Virus record (IMG/VR): IMGVR_UViG_2585427527_000003
Coordinates: 2,563-66,562 of that record
Origin: a virus
Lineage: Duplodnaviria; Caudoviricetes
Length of the DNA: 64,000 nt
Reading direction: 5' to 3' (one strand)
Positions 25,918 through 35,320 of the stretch are shown here, in pieces. The notes beneath the pieces are model-generated. The model did no database searches and was not told the DNA's origin. It was given only the letters and a program-made list of their open reading frames with translations. The number at the start of each line of letters is the position of its first letter. Positions within the stretch are counted from its first letter, which is position 1. The translations under genes were made by a program, and so were the position numbers.

Positions 25918-27464
25918 ACCCGACCACCACGGCGCGAGAACGCGCGGATGCAATCATGGATACCGCCATCCGAGACGGCCATGTACGCAGCGCCGACCAT
26001 AACGAGCGCAAGACCTGCATAAAGCTTAATGTCAAAGGCATGCTGCGCCGCGACAGCAAGGATGCAGATATTTGGTATCCGACTGAGGCGGCGACAAAGA
26101 AGCATCGGCCGGTATCGCCAGCCGTCATCGCGACACCGGTCCCGAGCGACGGCCGCATGGCGATCTGGCGCGATATCAGCACCATCGACATCGGCACGCG
26201 GCTGCGCATGGCCGATCAGGCGAAAGTTGACGGGCTGAAGCCTTCCTTCCTCGAAATCGGCCAGCAGACGCCGGTCACGGTTCAGGGACAGGAAGGCGAC
26301 GCGCGCGTCAAGCTGTCGGCGGGCTTGCACAGGCTGGAAACGGCGAGGCAGCTCGGATGGGAAAAGGTGCTTTGCTTCCATCAGCCATTTGACGATCTCG
26401 ACCGTGAGCTTTGGGAGATCGACGAGAACCTTTGCCGCGCAGAGCTGACGCCCGCCGACCGGGCGCTCTTCATCGCGCGACGCAAGGAGATCTATCTCGA
26501 AAAGCATCCGGAGACGGGGCTGGGTGAAAACCAGCACACGAGGGTTCGCCAAGTTGGCGAACCCTCTGCAAAGCGCTTTTCCGCTGCGACGGCGGAAGCG
26601 ACAGGCCAGAGCGAGCGGGCAATCCAGCGCGATGCCTCGCGCGGCGAAAAGATCGTCGACATGGCGTTGCATCGCCTTCGCGGCTCGCGGCTGGACAACG
26701 GCACATTCCTCGACCGGCTGAAACAGGTGCCGCAGGACAAACAGGTTCTCTATGTCGAGGCCGCGCTCGACGATGAGAAGCGCAAGGCGGCCGATGCGAA
26801 GGAAAACCGCACCAAGCGGCTGCAGCATTCCCGCATGATCCGGACGGCAGTCATCAATCATATTGCCGAACAGGGCAAACGGGTTCCCGGTGAGATGCCG
26901 CGAGCCGCCGTGGCGGTCGGCTATTGCGACGTGCCGTGGCAGCAGGAGGCTTGGAGCGACGAGACCGGGCAGGACAAGGGCTTGCTCTATCCATCGATGA
27001 CCGTTGATGAGCTGATGGCGCTGTGCGCTGGCGATCGCAGTCCTTTCACACAGGATGCCATCCTCTATTTCTGGACGACGACGAACCGCCTCGACGATGC
27101 TCTCAGGATCATCAAAGCGTGGGGCTTCAGCTACGTCAGCATGATCACGTGGGACAAGGTGAATATCGGCATGGGCCGATGGGTGCGCGACCGCACTGAG
27201 CACCTGCTCATCTGTAAGCGCGGCAACTTTCCCGGCATTGATCTCTACACGCCGAAGCCGGAAAGCCTCTACAGCGAGGTCAAGACCGAGCATAGCCGCA
27301 AGCCTGTCTGGTTTGCCGAGGAGATCGAGCGGCTTTATCCGGACATGCGCAAGCTGGAGCTATTCCAACGCAAGGAGAGCCTGCAGCCGGGCGATATCAG
27401 GCTCAATGGCAAGTGGGAGTTTTGGGGCAACCAGGCGGGCACGCCGGAAGGCGAGGGCACATGA
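25914..27464 (+). CDS. ParB-like domain fused to MT-A70 family adenine methyltransferase
   Basis: GQQTPVTV..LSAGLHRLE..EIDENLCRAELT (ParB); YCDVPW, YPSM, LYFWTT, WGF.Y, EHLLIC, HSRKP, LELFQR (MT-A70). Confidence 0.88.
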   Translation: MNPTTTARERADAIMDTAIRDGHVRSADHNERKTCIKLNVKGMLRRDSKDADIWYPTEAATKKHRPVSPAVIATPVPSDGRMAIWRDISTIDIGTRLRMADQAKVDGLKPSFLEIGQQTPVTVQGQEGDARVKLSAGLHRLETARQLGWEKVLCFHQPFDDLDRELWEIDENLCRAELTPADRALFIARRKEIYLEKHPETGLGENQHTRVRQVGEPSAKRFSAATAEATGQSERAIQRDASRGEKIVDMALHRLRGSRLDNGTFLDRLKQVPQDKQVLYVEAALDDEKRKAADAKENRTKRLQHSRMIRTAVINHIAEQGKRVPGEMPRAAVAVGYCDVPWQQEAWSDETGQDKGLLYPSMTVDELMALCAGDRSPFTQDAILYFWTTTNRLDDALRIIKAWGFSYVSMITWDKVNIGMGRWVRDRTEHLLICKRGNFPGIDLYTPKPESLYSEVKTEHSRKPVWFAEEIERLYPDMRKLELFQRKESLQPGDIRLNGKWEFWGNQAGTPEGEGT

Positions 27465-27760
27465 CCGCCTTTCCTCCAGATGTCGATCAGTTGGAAGACG
27501 CCGAGACCGACCAGCAGCGTGCCCGTTGGCTCCTTCGTGCATCTCTATCCTTGCTGCTGCGTGACCAGAGTCATATCCGCCGTCGCCTGCAGCTCGCGCA
27601 ATTCCAGGCCGGCGTCGCCTATCTCGACGCCGAGCTTTCCTTTCTTCGCAGTCCGCGCCGCGACGACGGCGGTCCCACTGACCTGGTGGGGATCGAAGTC
27701 GCGCGCGGTCGCATGGACAGAATCGCTTGCGGCCTGCCGCCGCGAAATATGGGGGCCTGA
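27461..27760 (+). CDS. Hypothetical protein (~99 aa)
   Basis: Coupled start at 27461. Confidence 0.6.
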   Translation: MTAFPPDVDQLEDAETDQQRARWLLRASLSLLLRDQSHIRRRLQLAQFQAGVAYLDAELSFLRSPRRDDGGPTDLVGIEVARGRMDRIACGLPPRNMGA

Positions 27761-27955
27761 ATGCACGCCATCAATCACGACGCCACAGCCTTGGATCTGC
27801 ACTTGGCCGATCATCCGGACGGGCTGGCTCTCGTCATTTTGCGCCATGAGGAGTGCATGCCAGAACGCGCAGAGATCACCTGGTCATCGCCGCCGTGTTT
27901 GCTTTTCTCCAAGCCCTGCGTCCGCAAGCCTACCGCCGTCAGTTCGGAGGTCTGA
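27761..27955 (+). CDS. 64-aa ORF resembling the N-terminal catalytic segment of the adjacent C5 methyltransferase
   Basis: HAINHDATALDLHLADHP vs YAINHNADALALHAANHP; WSSPPCLLFSK..RKP vs WFSPDCKHFSK..GKP. Confidence 0.6.
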   Translation: MHAINHDATALDLHLADHPDGLALVILRHEECMPERAEITWSSPPCLLFSKPCVRKPTAVSSEV

Positions 27956-29863
27956 ATGTACGCGAGCAACCTTCTGGAAGGCCTGATGGCAACCAGCGCG
28001 CTCCAATATGGGGAGCCGATCATCTTCGATAGCTTCGCTGGCGGCGGCGGTGCGTCGACCGGTATCGAAATGGCATTGGGGCGTTCTCCCGAGTATGCCA
28101 TCAATCACAATGCCGACGCTCTGGCGCTTCATGCGGCCAATCATCCGGAGACGGTTCACCTCTCGGAGAATGTCTACAAGATAGATCCCCTTGACCATTT
28201 GCGTGGCAAACACATCGGTCTCGCCTGGTTCTCGCCGGACTGCAAGCATTTCAGCAAGGCCAAGGGCGGAAAGCCCGTTTCGCGCAATATCCGCGATCTC
28301 TGCTGGATCATTCCCGGCTGGATCGAGCGTATCCAGCAGAGCGGGGGCAAGGTCGATGTCGTCATCATGGAGAATGTCGAGGAGTTCAAGGATTACGGGC
28401 CGCTGATGGTTACGGCGCGCGGCGAGGTTCCTGATCCTGGCCGGAAAGGCGAGACATTCCAGAAGTGGTGCAAGGCGCTCCGAAAGCTTGGCGCGAAGAT
28501 CGAGATGCGCGAGTTGCGTGCCAGAGACTACGGCACGCCCACTATTCGCAAGCGGCTGTTCATCATCATGCGGTTCGACGGCCTGAAGATCGTCTGGCCG
28601 AAGCCGACCCACGGCGCACCTGGTGATCCTGATGTCATCGCCGGCAGAAAGCAGCCCTGGCCGATCGTCGCAGACTGCATCGACTGGAGCATTCCATGCC
28701 CGTCGATCTTCGATACGGCTGAAGAGATCTGGCAGAAGTACGGGGTTCGCGCGCAGCGACCTTTGGCCGACGCCTCCCACGCGCGCATGGCGCGAGGTTT
28801 GGATCGCTTCGTGCTCAAGGCCAAGCGGCCGTTCCTAGTCAATCTGACGCATGGCGGCCGCCTTGAGGATATTGCGGAGCCGGCCAAGGCAATTACTGCT
28901 GCTCATCGGGGCGAAAAAGCGCTCGTAGCGCCATCGATCCAGCGCTTCAATACCGGGGCAGTCGGGGTCGACATGCGCGATCAGCTGCCGACGATCACCG
29001 CCAACGGCTATATCAAGCGACCAGGCGGCGCCGCACCGTTGGGCTTGCTGGCCCCTGTCCTCACCTATGCGCAGCAAGGCGGCGCAAATCGCCCGATCGA
29101 CGGCCAGTCACATACGATCACGGCTAGCGACAAGGATCAAAACTCGGTCATGTGCGCCTTCATGGCGCAGGCGAACAACGACAGCCGCCGTATCGGAGGC
29201 GTCAATCCCGGCCGCCCCATGGATGAGGCCGCCTCGACGATCACGCAAACCGGAAGCCACCAGCAGGTCGTCTCGGCTTACATTGCCCGTCAATTCGGCA
29301 CTTCGACCGGTCATCCTGTCGATCAGCCTTCCGGGACGATAATGGCTGACGGCCAGGGCAAGAGCCAGCTGGTCATGCCCTATCTGCAGTCCTACTACGC
29401 GACCGGCGAGGGATCTCGTGAAGACGAGCCGATGCGCACTGCGACGGTCAAGCCTCGTCACGGGCATGTGGAAGCGGTTGTGGCTGTGCCGCCATTCACG
29501 GAAGCGCAGGCAGCTCGCGCGCGCCAGGTGGCCGATTTCATGCGCGCCCACGGCCTTTGGGACGACCGAGAGTTCGTGACCCTCGAAGTCGACGGGCACA
29601 CGTTCGTCATCGTCGATATCGGAATGCGCATGCTCATCCCTCGCGAACTGTTCAACGCTCAGGGGTTCCCGCCAAACTATAAGATTGCCGGCTACTACGA
29701 CGCGTCCCGCGTCGGCCACAACGGCGGCCCTGCGTGGGTGCCCTTCTCGAAAACGGTGCAAGTCTCCTGTGTCGGCAACAGCGTCTGTCCACCAGTCGCG
29801 AAGGCACTCGTAGCAGCGAATTGCGGGCATCTGGCACGCGATCACCGAAGGATGGCGGCATGA
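27956..29863 (+). CDS. Phage DNA (cytosine-5)-methyltransferase with repeated internal segments
   Basis: DSFAGGGG, FSPDC, ENV, TIRKRLF, RML.PRELFNAQGFP, GNSVCPP. Confidence 0.92.
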   Translation: MYASNLLEGLMATSALQYGEPIIFDSFAGGGGASTGIEMALGRSPEYAINHNADALALHAANHPETVHLSENVYKIDPLDHLRGKHIGLAWFSPDCKHFSKAKGGKPVSRNIRDLCWIIPGWIERIQQSGGKVDVVIMENVEEFKDYGPLMVTARGEVPDPGRKGETFQKWCKALRKLGAKIEMRELRARDYGTPTIRKRLFIIMRFDGLKIVWPKPTHGAPGDPDVIAGRKQPWPIVADCIDWSIPCPSIFDTAEEIWQKYGVRAQRPLADASHARMARGLDRFVLKAKRPFLVNLTHGGRLEDIAEPAKAITAAHRGEKALVAPSIQRFNTGAVGVDMRDQLPTITANGYIKRPGGAAPLGLLAPVLTYAQQGGANRPIDGQSHTITASDKDQNSVMCAFMAQANNDSRRIGGVNPGRPMDEAASTITQTGSHQQVVSAYIARQFGTSTGHPVDQPSGTIMADGQGKSQLVMPYLQSYYATGEGSREDEPMRTATVKPRHGHVEAVVAVPPFTEAQAARARQVADFMRAHGLWDDREFVTLEVDGHTFVIVDIGMRMLIPRELFNAQGFPPNYKIAGYYDASRVGHNGGPAWVPFSKTVQVSCVGNSVCPPVAKALVAANCGHLARDHRRMAA

Positions 29864-31038
29864 GCATCATGATCATGAGCCGCCTGTTCAAGATGAACCT
29901 CGGCGGCTGCAATCGAAAGCTTCTGGCTGTGCGCCTCGCCGACTTCGCTGATGATGACGGGCGCGGCATCTATCCGAGTGTTGCGCGTCTCGCGGCCGAA
30001 ACGGAGCTATCTGAGCGCACGGTACAGCGCATCCTTGCCGAGTTCGTCAGGGAGGGCATCCTTGTCGTCGTCAAGGAGGCAACCGGGAAACCGGGAATTG
30101 CCAACGCATACGACTACGATTTGGGCCGTCTCTTCGCCTACAAGCCCGGCGCAACGGGTGACAGCGTGTCACCCGTTGAAGACGGCCAAGGGGTGACAAT
30201 CGAGCAGGAGAGGGGTGACACCGGCGACGGCGACGGGTGTCACGGTGTCACCCGAACCGTAATAGAACCTCCATTAGAACCTCCATCTAAGCGCGCCCAT
30301 GCGAGCGCGGAAGAGGGAGGTTTGGCGAAGATTGATCGTAAAAAGATCGAGCGCGATTTCACGCTCTGGTACGCGACGTGGAAGAGGGGCGAAGTCGAGT
30401 ACGCCCGGAATGCCTGGTTCGCCCTCTCGCCGGAAGAGCGGGTGGAATGCATCGAGAAGACGCCGGCCTACCTCAAGTGGATGAAGGCGGCGGATATGGC
30501 GGCAGCTACGTTCCTCAAAAACCGCCATTGGCGCGATGTGCCAGAAGAGGCAATAGCGGCTCCGACGCGCGGCATAGCCAAGGTCTGCGGCAAGCTCTGG
30601 ATGGGAACGCGGCTGGCTGCGCTTTCGAAGGTGCCTGAGGGTCGGATCATCTTCACGACGTTCGACGAGCGGGAGATTGCGGCTGGACGGACCACAAGGG
30701 AGGCGCTGGTTCACAGCAAGCGCCTTGAGCATGGGTGGCCGCTTGTGACCACGATGCGGGATCTAGCGCGCCGAAAGGAACCGTTCGTCACGTCACTCGG
30801 ACTGCTGCCCTTCGTTTCGGAATTTCAGGGCGTCTCGCAGATCCGAGACCGCCAGCTCATCAATGCTTGGGCGGCGTTGCATGAGCGCAGAGGGTGGCCG
30901 TTTATCGAGTTCGTGGCGGAGTGGACCTACTTCCCGCCGATCGATCCGAACGCAAGCGACTTAGACCAGGCCGTCGAGGATGCGTTGACGGCGTTTCTCT
31001 CCACAATCAGCGAGGCGGGCCATGACGATGCAGCATAA
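29860..31038 (+). CDS. Phage replication initiator (N-terminal HTH)
   Basis: KLLAVRLADFADDDGRGIYPSVARLAAETELSERTVQR; iteron-like ggtgaca/tgtcacc repeats at ~30157-30253. Confidence 0.8.
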   Translation: MSIMIMSRLFKMNLGGCNRKLLAVRLADFADDDGRGIYPSVARLAAETELSERTVQRILAEFVREGILVVVKEATGKPGIANAYDYDLGRLFAYKPGATGDSVSPVEDGQGVTIEQERGDTGDGDGCHGVTRTVIEPPLEPPSKRAHASAEEGGLAKIDRKKIERDFTLWYATWKRGEVEYARNAWFALSPEERVECIEKTPAYLKWMKAADMAAATFLKNRHWRDVPEEAIAAPTRGIAKVCGKLWMGTRLAALSKVPEGRIIFTTFDEREIAAGRTTREALVHSKRLEHGWPLVTTMRDLARRKEPFVTSLGLLPFVSEFQGVSQIRDRQLINAWAALHERRGWPFIEFVAEWTYFPPIDPNASDLDQAVEDALTAFLSTISEAGHDDAA

Positions 31039-31711
31039 GCGTTACAGCATTTCAGGTGACCCGATTGAGATCCGTCAGTTTGCCAGTGATAAGCAGGATA
31101 CTGCCATCAACCTCCATCGCATCCGTATTCGCGAGATCGTCGCGGCGAGCAAGCGAATCGCAGACGAGAATCCGGAGCTGGCTGGCTGGTATTGCCTAAC
31201 CGTCATGACGAGCCGGGAATCAGCTGTGGAAAAGGCCTTGGATCGGGATGGCGTCGAGTGCCTTTTGTTACGTGAGCCGGAGCAGAAAGTCATACGGCGC
31301 GGTAGGGAATGGACGCTGCCCGGTAAGCTCTGGCTGCCCGGTTTTACGCTGGTGCGTTGTGTCCCTTCCAATGAGGCTTTCCGTGGTTTGCTAGGTGTTG
31401 GCAACGTGACGGGCATCGTCGGCGGATGGGCGCGGCCATACCGAGTGTCCGATGAATCAATCAGCAAGTTCAATGAGGTTATGCAGGAGCATGAAGGCGA
31501 GCGAGAGCGCAAGCGCCTTGAGCAGGAGGCCAAGAATGCATCGATCGCGGCGGGCGACAAGGTACGGATCAGGCTTGGTCCATTCAGTGGATTCGAGGCT
31601 CGGGTCATCAATCGGCAGAAGGGTGCCGGGAAGCGCTGCAAGGTCGAATACAAGCTTTTCGGACGCGCGGGACAGGTCGACATCCCACTTGCGAATCTCG
31701 AAAAGTTGTGA
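31022..31711 (+). CDS. NusG-paralog antitermination factor (NGN + KOW)
   Basis: WYCLTV...E..V, LPGFTLVR, GDKVRIRLGPFSGFEARV, LFGR; occupies the lambda-Q position. Confidence 0.85.
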   Translation: MTMQHKRYSISGDPIEIRQFASDKQDTAINLHRIRIREIVAASKRIADENPELAGWYCLTVMTSRESAVEKALDRDGVECLLLREPEQKVIRRGREWTLPGKLWLPGFTLVRCVPSNEAFRGLLGVGNVTGIVGGWARPYRVSDESISKFNEVMQEHEGERERKRLEQEAKNASIAAGDKVRIRLGPFSGFEARVINRQKGAGKRCKVEYKLFGRAGQVDIPLANLEKL

Positions 31712-31735
31712 GTACAAGTCACGCCAACGGGATGA

Positions 31736-31871
31736 TCTGCGATCTCTGTGCACCCTTGGGCGATAGCCCTGAATGCCTCGGCAGGACGCGAGGCAAAGAG
31801 AGGAAACTCTCAGGTCGGTAGCCGGGCAGACCCCGCCTTGAACGCCTCATAGAGAGGCATCGATTCAAGGC
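31736..31871 (+). ncRNA. Putative structured cis-acting RNA downstream of nusG paralog
   Basis: gggc-GATA-gccc; tgcctcg/cgaggca; gagag-GAAA-ctctc; tctgc/gcaga; gccttgaa/ttcaaggc enclosing gcctc/gaggc. Confidence 0.55.
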
Positions 31872-31882
31872 CAGTGCGTAAG

Positions 31883-32071
31883 CTATGACTTCTTGAAATC
31901 TTCAGCGAGTTTGTTCGCCTTCTCGCGGCTCGGTCCCGCTCTCTTGATGATCTTGTCTGCATCATCGCGCGAAAGGCCATGCTTCTTGGCGAAATACGTC
32001 AGCTCATAAGGTTCCTTTGCTGAAACGAGCTTAGCATCAGCGGCCTTCTTTCTCTTGTCGTCTCCCATCAT
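31883..32071 (-). CDS. Small basic protein, DUF3606-like (moron)
   Basis: EPYELTYFAKKHGLSRDDADKIIKRAGPSR; GGAGGAG RBS. Confidence 0.7.
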   Translation of the reverse strand: MMGDDKRKKAADAKLVSAKEPYELTYFAKKHGLSRDDADKIIKRAGPSREKANKLAEDFKKS

Positions 32072-32129
32072 GCTCCTCCAGGACGTTAGGGTGAACGAGA
32101 TTGTATTATGAGCACCTAAAAGGCAAGTC

Positions 32130-32513
32130 TTGGCTACTAAGCCCAAATCATTCCGCCTTCGTGGCACGCCGACAAGGCAGCAGCGCGAACGCGAGTATGA
32201 TCGCGAGCGTGATCAGCAGCCTTGGCGCAAGTGGTACAAGACCGCTCGTTGGCAATGCGAGCGCGCTGACTTCCTTGCTCAGCCTGACAACCAGTTCTGT
32301 AGACGATGTGAAGAGAGCGGTCTCTTGAACGCTGGTCACCTGACTATGGCTGGCGAGCTGCAGTCAAACCTACGCCGCATGCATCTGGTGGTCGACCACA
32401 AGAAGCGCCATCACGGCAACCCTGTCCTGTTTTGGGATCGGTCGAACTGGCAGCCTCTCTGCCCCGACCACCACGACATCGTGAAGCAGGCCGAAGAGAA
32501 GAACGGAAGATGA
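32130..32513 (+). CDS. Terminase-associated HNH endonuclease
   Basis: WYKTARW, FCRRC, VVDHKKRHHG..LFWDRSNWQPLCPDHH. Confidence 0.9.
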   Translation: MATKPKSFRLRGTPTRQQREREYDRERDQQPWRKWYKTARWQCERADFLAQPDNQFCRRCEESGLLNAGHLTMAGELQSNLRRMHLVVDHKKRHHGNPVLFWDRSNWQPLCPDHHDIVKQAEEKNGR

Positions 32514-32815
32514 CGGAACGCGGCACAGGGCTGACCAGGGCGATGGTTGAGCGACTGCCTAGTGTTGGCGGCAACATCATCACCCACTCCCGTCACCATC
32601 AGCTGTATGTCACGCGGATGATTGCTGATCTGCGAGGGGCAGAAGTGGCACGACGCACACGCGTCTACGTGATCCGCTTCCGTGGTGACGAGATCATGCT
32701 CAGCGGCATGAGCGGACACATCGAGGTCGATCACGCATGGTACTCGCATGTGTCCGGAGAGGTCGCACATCGTGTCGACGCGCTGGTCGATCAGGCCAGA
32801 TGGCCCAACCCCTAG
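32510..32815 (+). CDS. Hypothetical protein (~101 aa)
   Basis: Coupled to HNH stop. Confidence 0.55.
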   Translation: MTERGTGLTRAMVERLPSVGGNIITHSRHHQLYVTRMIADLRGAEVARRTRVYVIRFRGDEIMLSGMSGHIEVDHAWYSHVSGEVAHRVDALVDQARWPNP

Positions 32816-32910
32816 GGGGGGGGTCGAAAGTCTGGCCCCCTGAGGGCCTAGACCGGTGGGTGTGCCCGCGCACATCGCCGCGAAATTAGCCGGAATATTT
32901 TTTTCTCTCG
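32815..32910. other. Probable cos region
   Basis: G-run-tcgaaagtct...gaccg...cgcgaaatt...T-run between HNH and terS, as in HK97-like phages. Confidence 0.55.
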
Positions 32911-32929
32911 CCAGATAGGAGGGCGAACG

Positions 32930-33559
32930 ATGACGCGTGGTCGAAAGCCCGATACGGCAGATCAACAGGCTGCGAAAGGTGCGCCGGGAAAGCGCATGAC
33001 ATCGCAGCAGGCGCAGAAGGTTCGCGAGACTCGGCCAGTTGCAATTTCGGTCGGCCGCGTGACGCCTCCAAAGTGGCTTGCGAAGAACCGCAAGGCTGTC
33101 GAGGTGTGGAATGAAATCGTTCCTAACCTCCAGAAGCTGAACCTGATCAATGAACTCAGCAGCGGTCCATTTGCACGGTATTGCACCTATGTCGTCGGCT
33201 GGATCGCCGCATCGGAGACCGTGCGAAAAGAGGGCGCATGGTATGATGCGGTCGGCACCAATGGTGAACCGCTCAAGAAGCCTCACCCGGCGTTCAAGGC
33301 GATGGAGAGCTATCAGAAGTTCTTCAATGACATAGAGCCGTCCTTTGGCTTGCGGCCGGATGCTCACTACAAGATCATGCGCGACCAGGCTGCCGCCCTT
33401 GGCAGCATGCCTCTGTTCGGCAATCGCCAAGGCGCGGATGGCGATCAAAAGCAGCCCACGCCGGACGCGCCAATTGCGGCAGAGCCGCCAGCAGCGCTAC
33501 AGGACGCGGTCGGCTTTCTGAAAGCCTTCGATTCCGCGCCGCCGAGCCGTCCAAATTGA
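32930..33559 (+). CDS. Terminase small subunit (P27 family)
   Basis: RGRKP, PPKWL, ARYC, KPHPA, FGLRP. Confidence 0.88.
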   Translation: MTRGRKPDTADQQAAKGAPGKRMTSQQAQKVRETRPVAISVGRVTPPKWLAKNRKAVEVWNEIVPNLQKLNLINELSSGPFARYCTYVVGWIAASETVRKEGAWYDAVGTNGEPLKKPHPAFKAMESYQKFFNDIEPSFGLRPDAHYKIMRDQAAALGSMPLFGNRQGADGDQKQPTPDAPIAAEPPAALQDAVGFLKAFDSAPPSRPN

Positions 33560-33562
33560 GCC

Positions 33563-35320
33563 ATGGGCGATGTATCGACGGCGGCAATTCAGGCCTCTGC
33601 CGGTGCGCAGTTGTGGCCAGAACCGGAATGGATCAAAGAGGCAGCCGATAATCGAGGTTGGGAGTGGGCGCGCGTAGCTTGGAGGCGTTGCAGCACTGTT
33701 GCCGACGCCTGGTTTGACTATGCCAAGGCGGACGCGGCGGTAACAATGTTTCCCGAGATCTTCCGTCTTACGGAGGATCGCTTCGCCGGCAAGCCTTTCC
33801 GCCTTGGGCTATGGCAGGAAATTATCGTTCGTCTGCTGGTCGGCTGGAAGGCACCGAACGAGATTATCGATGAGCAGACCGGCCAGCCGACTGTCGTGCA
33901 CGTTCGGATCTTCCGCCGCCTGATGCTGTGGGTGCCGCGTAAGAACGGCAAATCGGAATTCCTCGCGGCATTGTCGCTGTTGTTTTTCGTCGTTGACGGT
34001 GTTGTCGGTGGTCAGGGCTTCGTTTTCGCCCGCGATGAAAATCAAGCCCGCATCATCTTCAATAAGATGAAGGCCATGATCAGTATGTCGCCGTCGCTCG
34101 GCGATGCGCAGATGTTCAAGAAGTCGATCTATCTGCCGAAAATCCGCGCGCTGTTTGAGCTGCTGTCGGGTAAGGCGGAAGGCAAGCACGGAAAATCGCC
34201 GACAGTCATCACAGGCGACGAGATGCATGAGTGGGAAACGCCTGACCTGGCGAACTTCCTGCGCCAAGGCACCGGCGCCCGCCTCGAACCGATCGAGCTG
34301 TATGCGTCGACCGCCGGCGTCAAGTCGAACAAGACTGGCTACGCTCTTTGGGAGGAAAGTCAGTCTATCCTCGAAGGGCGTACCGACGATCCGACGACGC
34401 TAGTCGTCATCTTCGCGCTTGCTGAGGACGACGATTGGGAAAATGAGGCGAATTGGCCGAAGGCAAACCCTTCACTCGGGATTTCACCGACCCTCCAGTT
34501 TCTTCGTCGCGAGGCATCCCTCGCCAAGGACAACCCTCGCGCCGAAGCGCATTTCCGCTGCTACCACGCCAACCAGTGGATTGACGCTGTTGTCCGATGG
34601 CTGAACCTCAAGAAGTGGGATGCCTGCGCAGCCGACGCCACAATGTGGAAGAAATGGCGCGATGGTGAAGGGCTTGAGGGTCGAAAGTGCTTGAGCGCCT
34701 TTGACGTGTCGGCAAATCAGGACATCACGGCGCGCATTCTCGCGTTCCCGCCTGATGAGACGACTGATCGATGGATTCTCTCAGCGAAATTCTGGGTGCC
34801 GGAAGCAATCGCGCCGCTACGCACCAAGCGTGACCGCATCTCCTACGATCAGTGGGTGAAAATGGGCGCGATCGAGACCACGCCCGGCGATTATGTCGAC
34901 CAGAGCTTCGTTCAACATCAGCTGGAGCATGATCTTGAGCGATATGATGTCGAGCTGATGGGCTATGACCCTTGGAATGCGGTCAAGCTCTACACTGATA
35001 TGGTGAAAGGCGGCGTCGACGAAGAGCGCTTCCTCAAGATGCGCCAGGGCATCCCGACGTTGGGCGAACCGACGAAGCTTTTCGAGCGGCTTGTGATGGC
35101 CGGCAAGCTTGATCATGGCGGCCATCCGGTTTTGCGCTGGATGGCAGGCAATACAGCCGTGAAGTTCGACGACAACCTGAATTATGCGCCGACGAAGAAG
35201 AAATCGGCCGAAAAAATCGACGGCATCGTAGCCGCCGTCATGGCTGTTGGCCTGTCCATGGCCGAATCCGACGACGGCGCGGATATTGGCGACTTCCTCA
35301 AAAACGCGGTGACGGCATAA
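33563..35320 (+). CDS. Terminase large subunit
   Basis: VPRKNGKS Walker A, GDEMHE Walker B, KANPSLG, YDPW, KIDGIVAAVMA. Confidence 0.95.
   Translation: MGDVSTAAIQASAGAQLWPEPEWIKEAADNRGWEWARVAWRRCSTVADAWFDYAKADAAVTMFPEIFRLTEDRFAGKPFRLGLWQEIIVRLLVGWKAPNEIIDEQTGQPTVVHVRIFRRLMLWVPRKNGKSEFLAALSLLFFVVDGVVGGQGFVFARDENQARIIFNKMKAMISMSPSLGDAQMFKKSIYLPKIRALFELLSGKAEGKHGKSPTVITGDEMHEWETPDLANFLRQGTGARLEPIELYASTAGVKSNKTGYALWEESQSILEGRTDDPTTLVVIFALAEDDDWENEANWPKANPSLGISPTLQFLRREASLAKDNPRAEAHFRCYHANQWIDAVVRWLNLKKWDACAADATMWKKWRDGEGLEGRKCLSAFDVSANQDITARILAFPPDETTDRWILSAKFWVPEAIAPLRTKRDRISYDQWVKMGAIETTPGDYVDQSFVQHQLEHDLERYDVELMGYDPWNAVKLYTDMVKGGVDEERFLKMRQGIPTLGEPTKLFERLVMAGKLDHGGHPVLRWMAGNTAVKFDDNLNYAPTKKKSAEKIDGIVAAVMAVGLSMAESDDGADIGDFLKNAVTA

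Noticed and set aside
25818-27293. 491-aa minus-strand ORF
   Set aside because: Antisense shadow of the ParB-MT-A70 gene
31736-31871. Hammerhead ribozyme or tRNA in the post-nusG region
   Set aside because: No CUGAnGA core and no T-loop/CCA cloverleaf; kept only as an unclassified structured RNA
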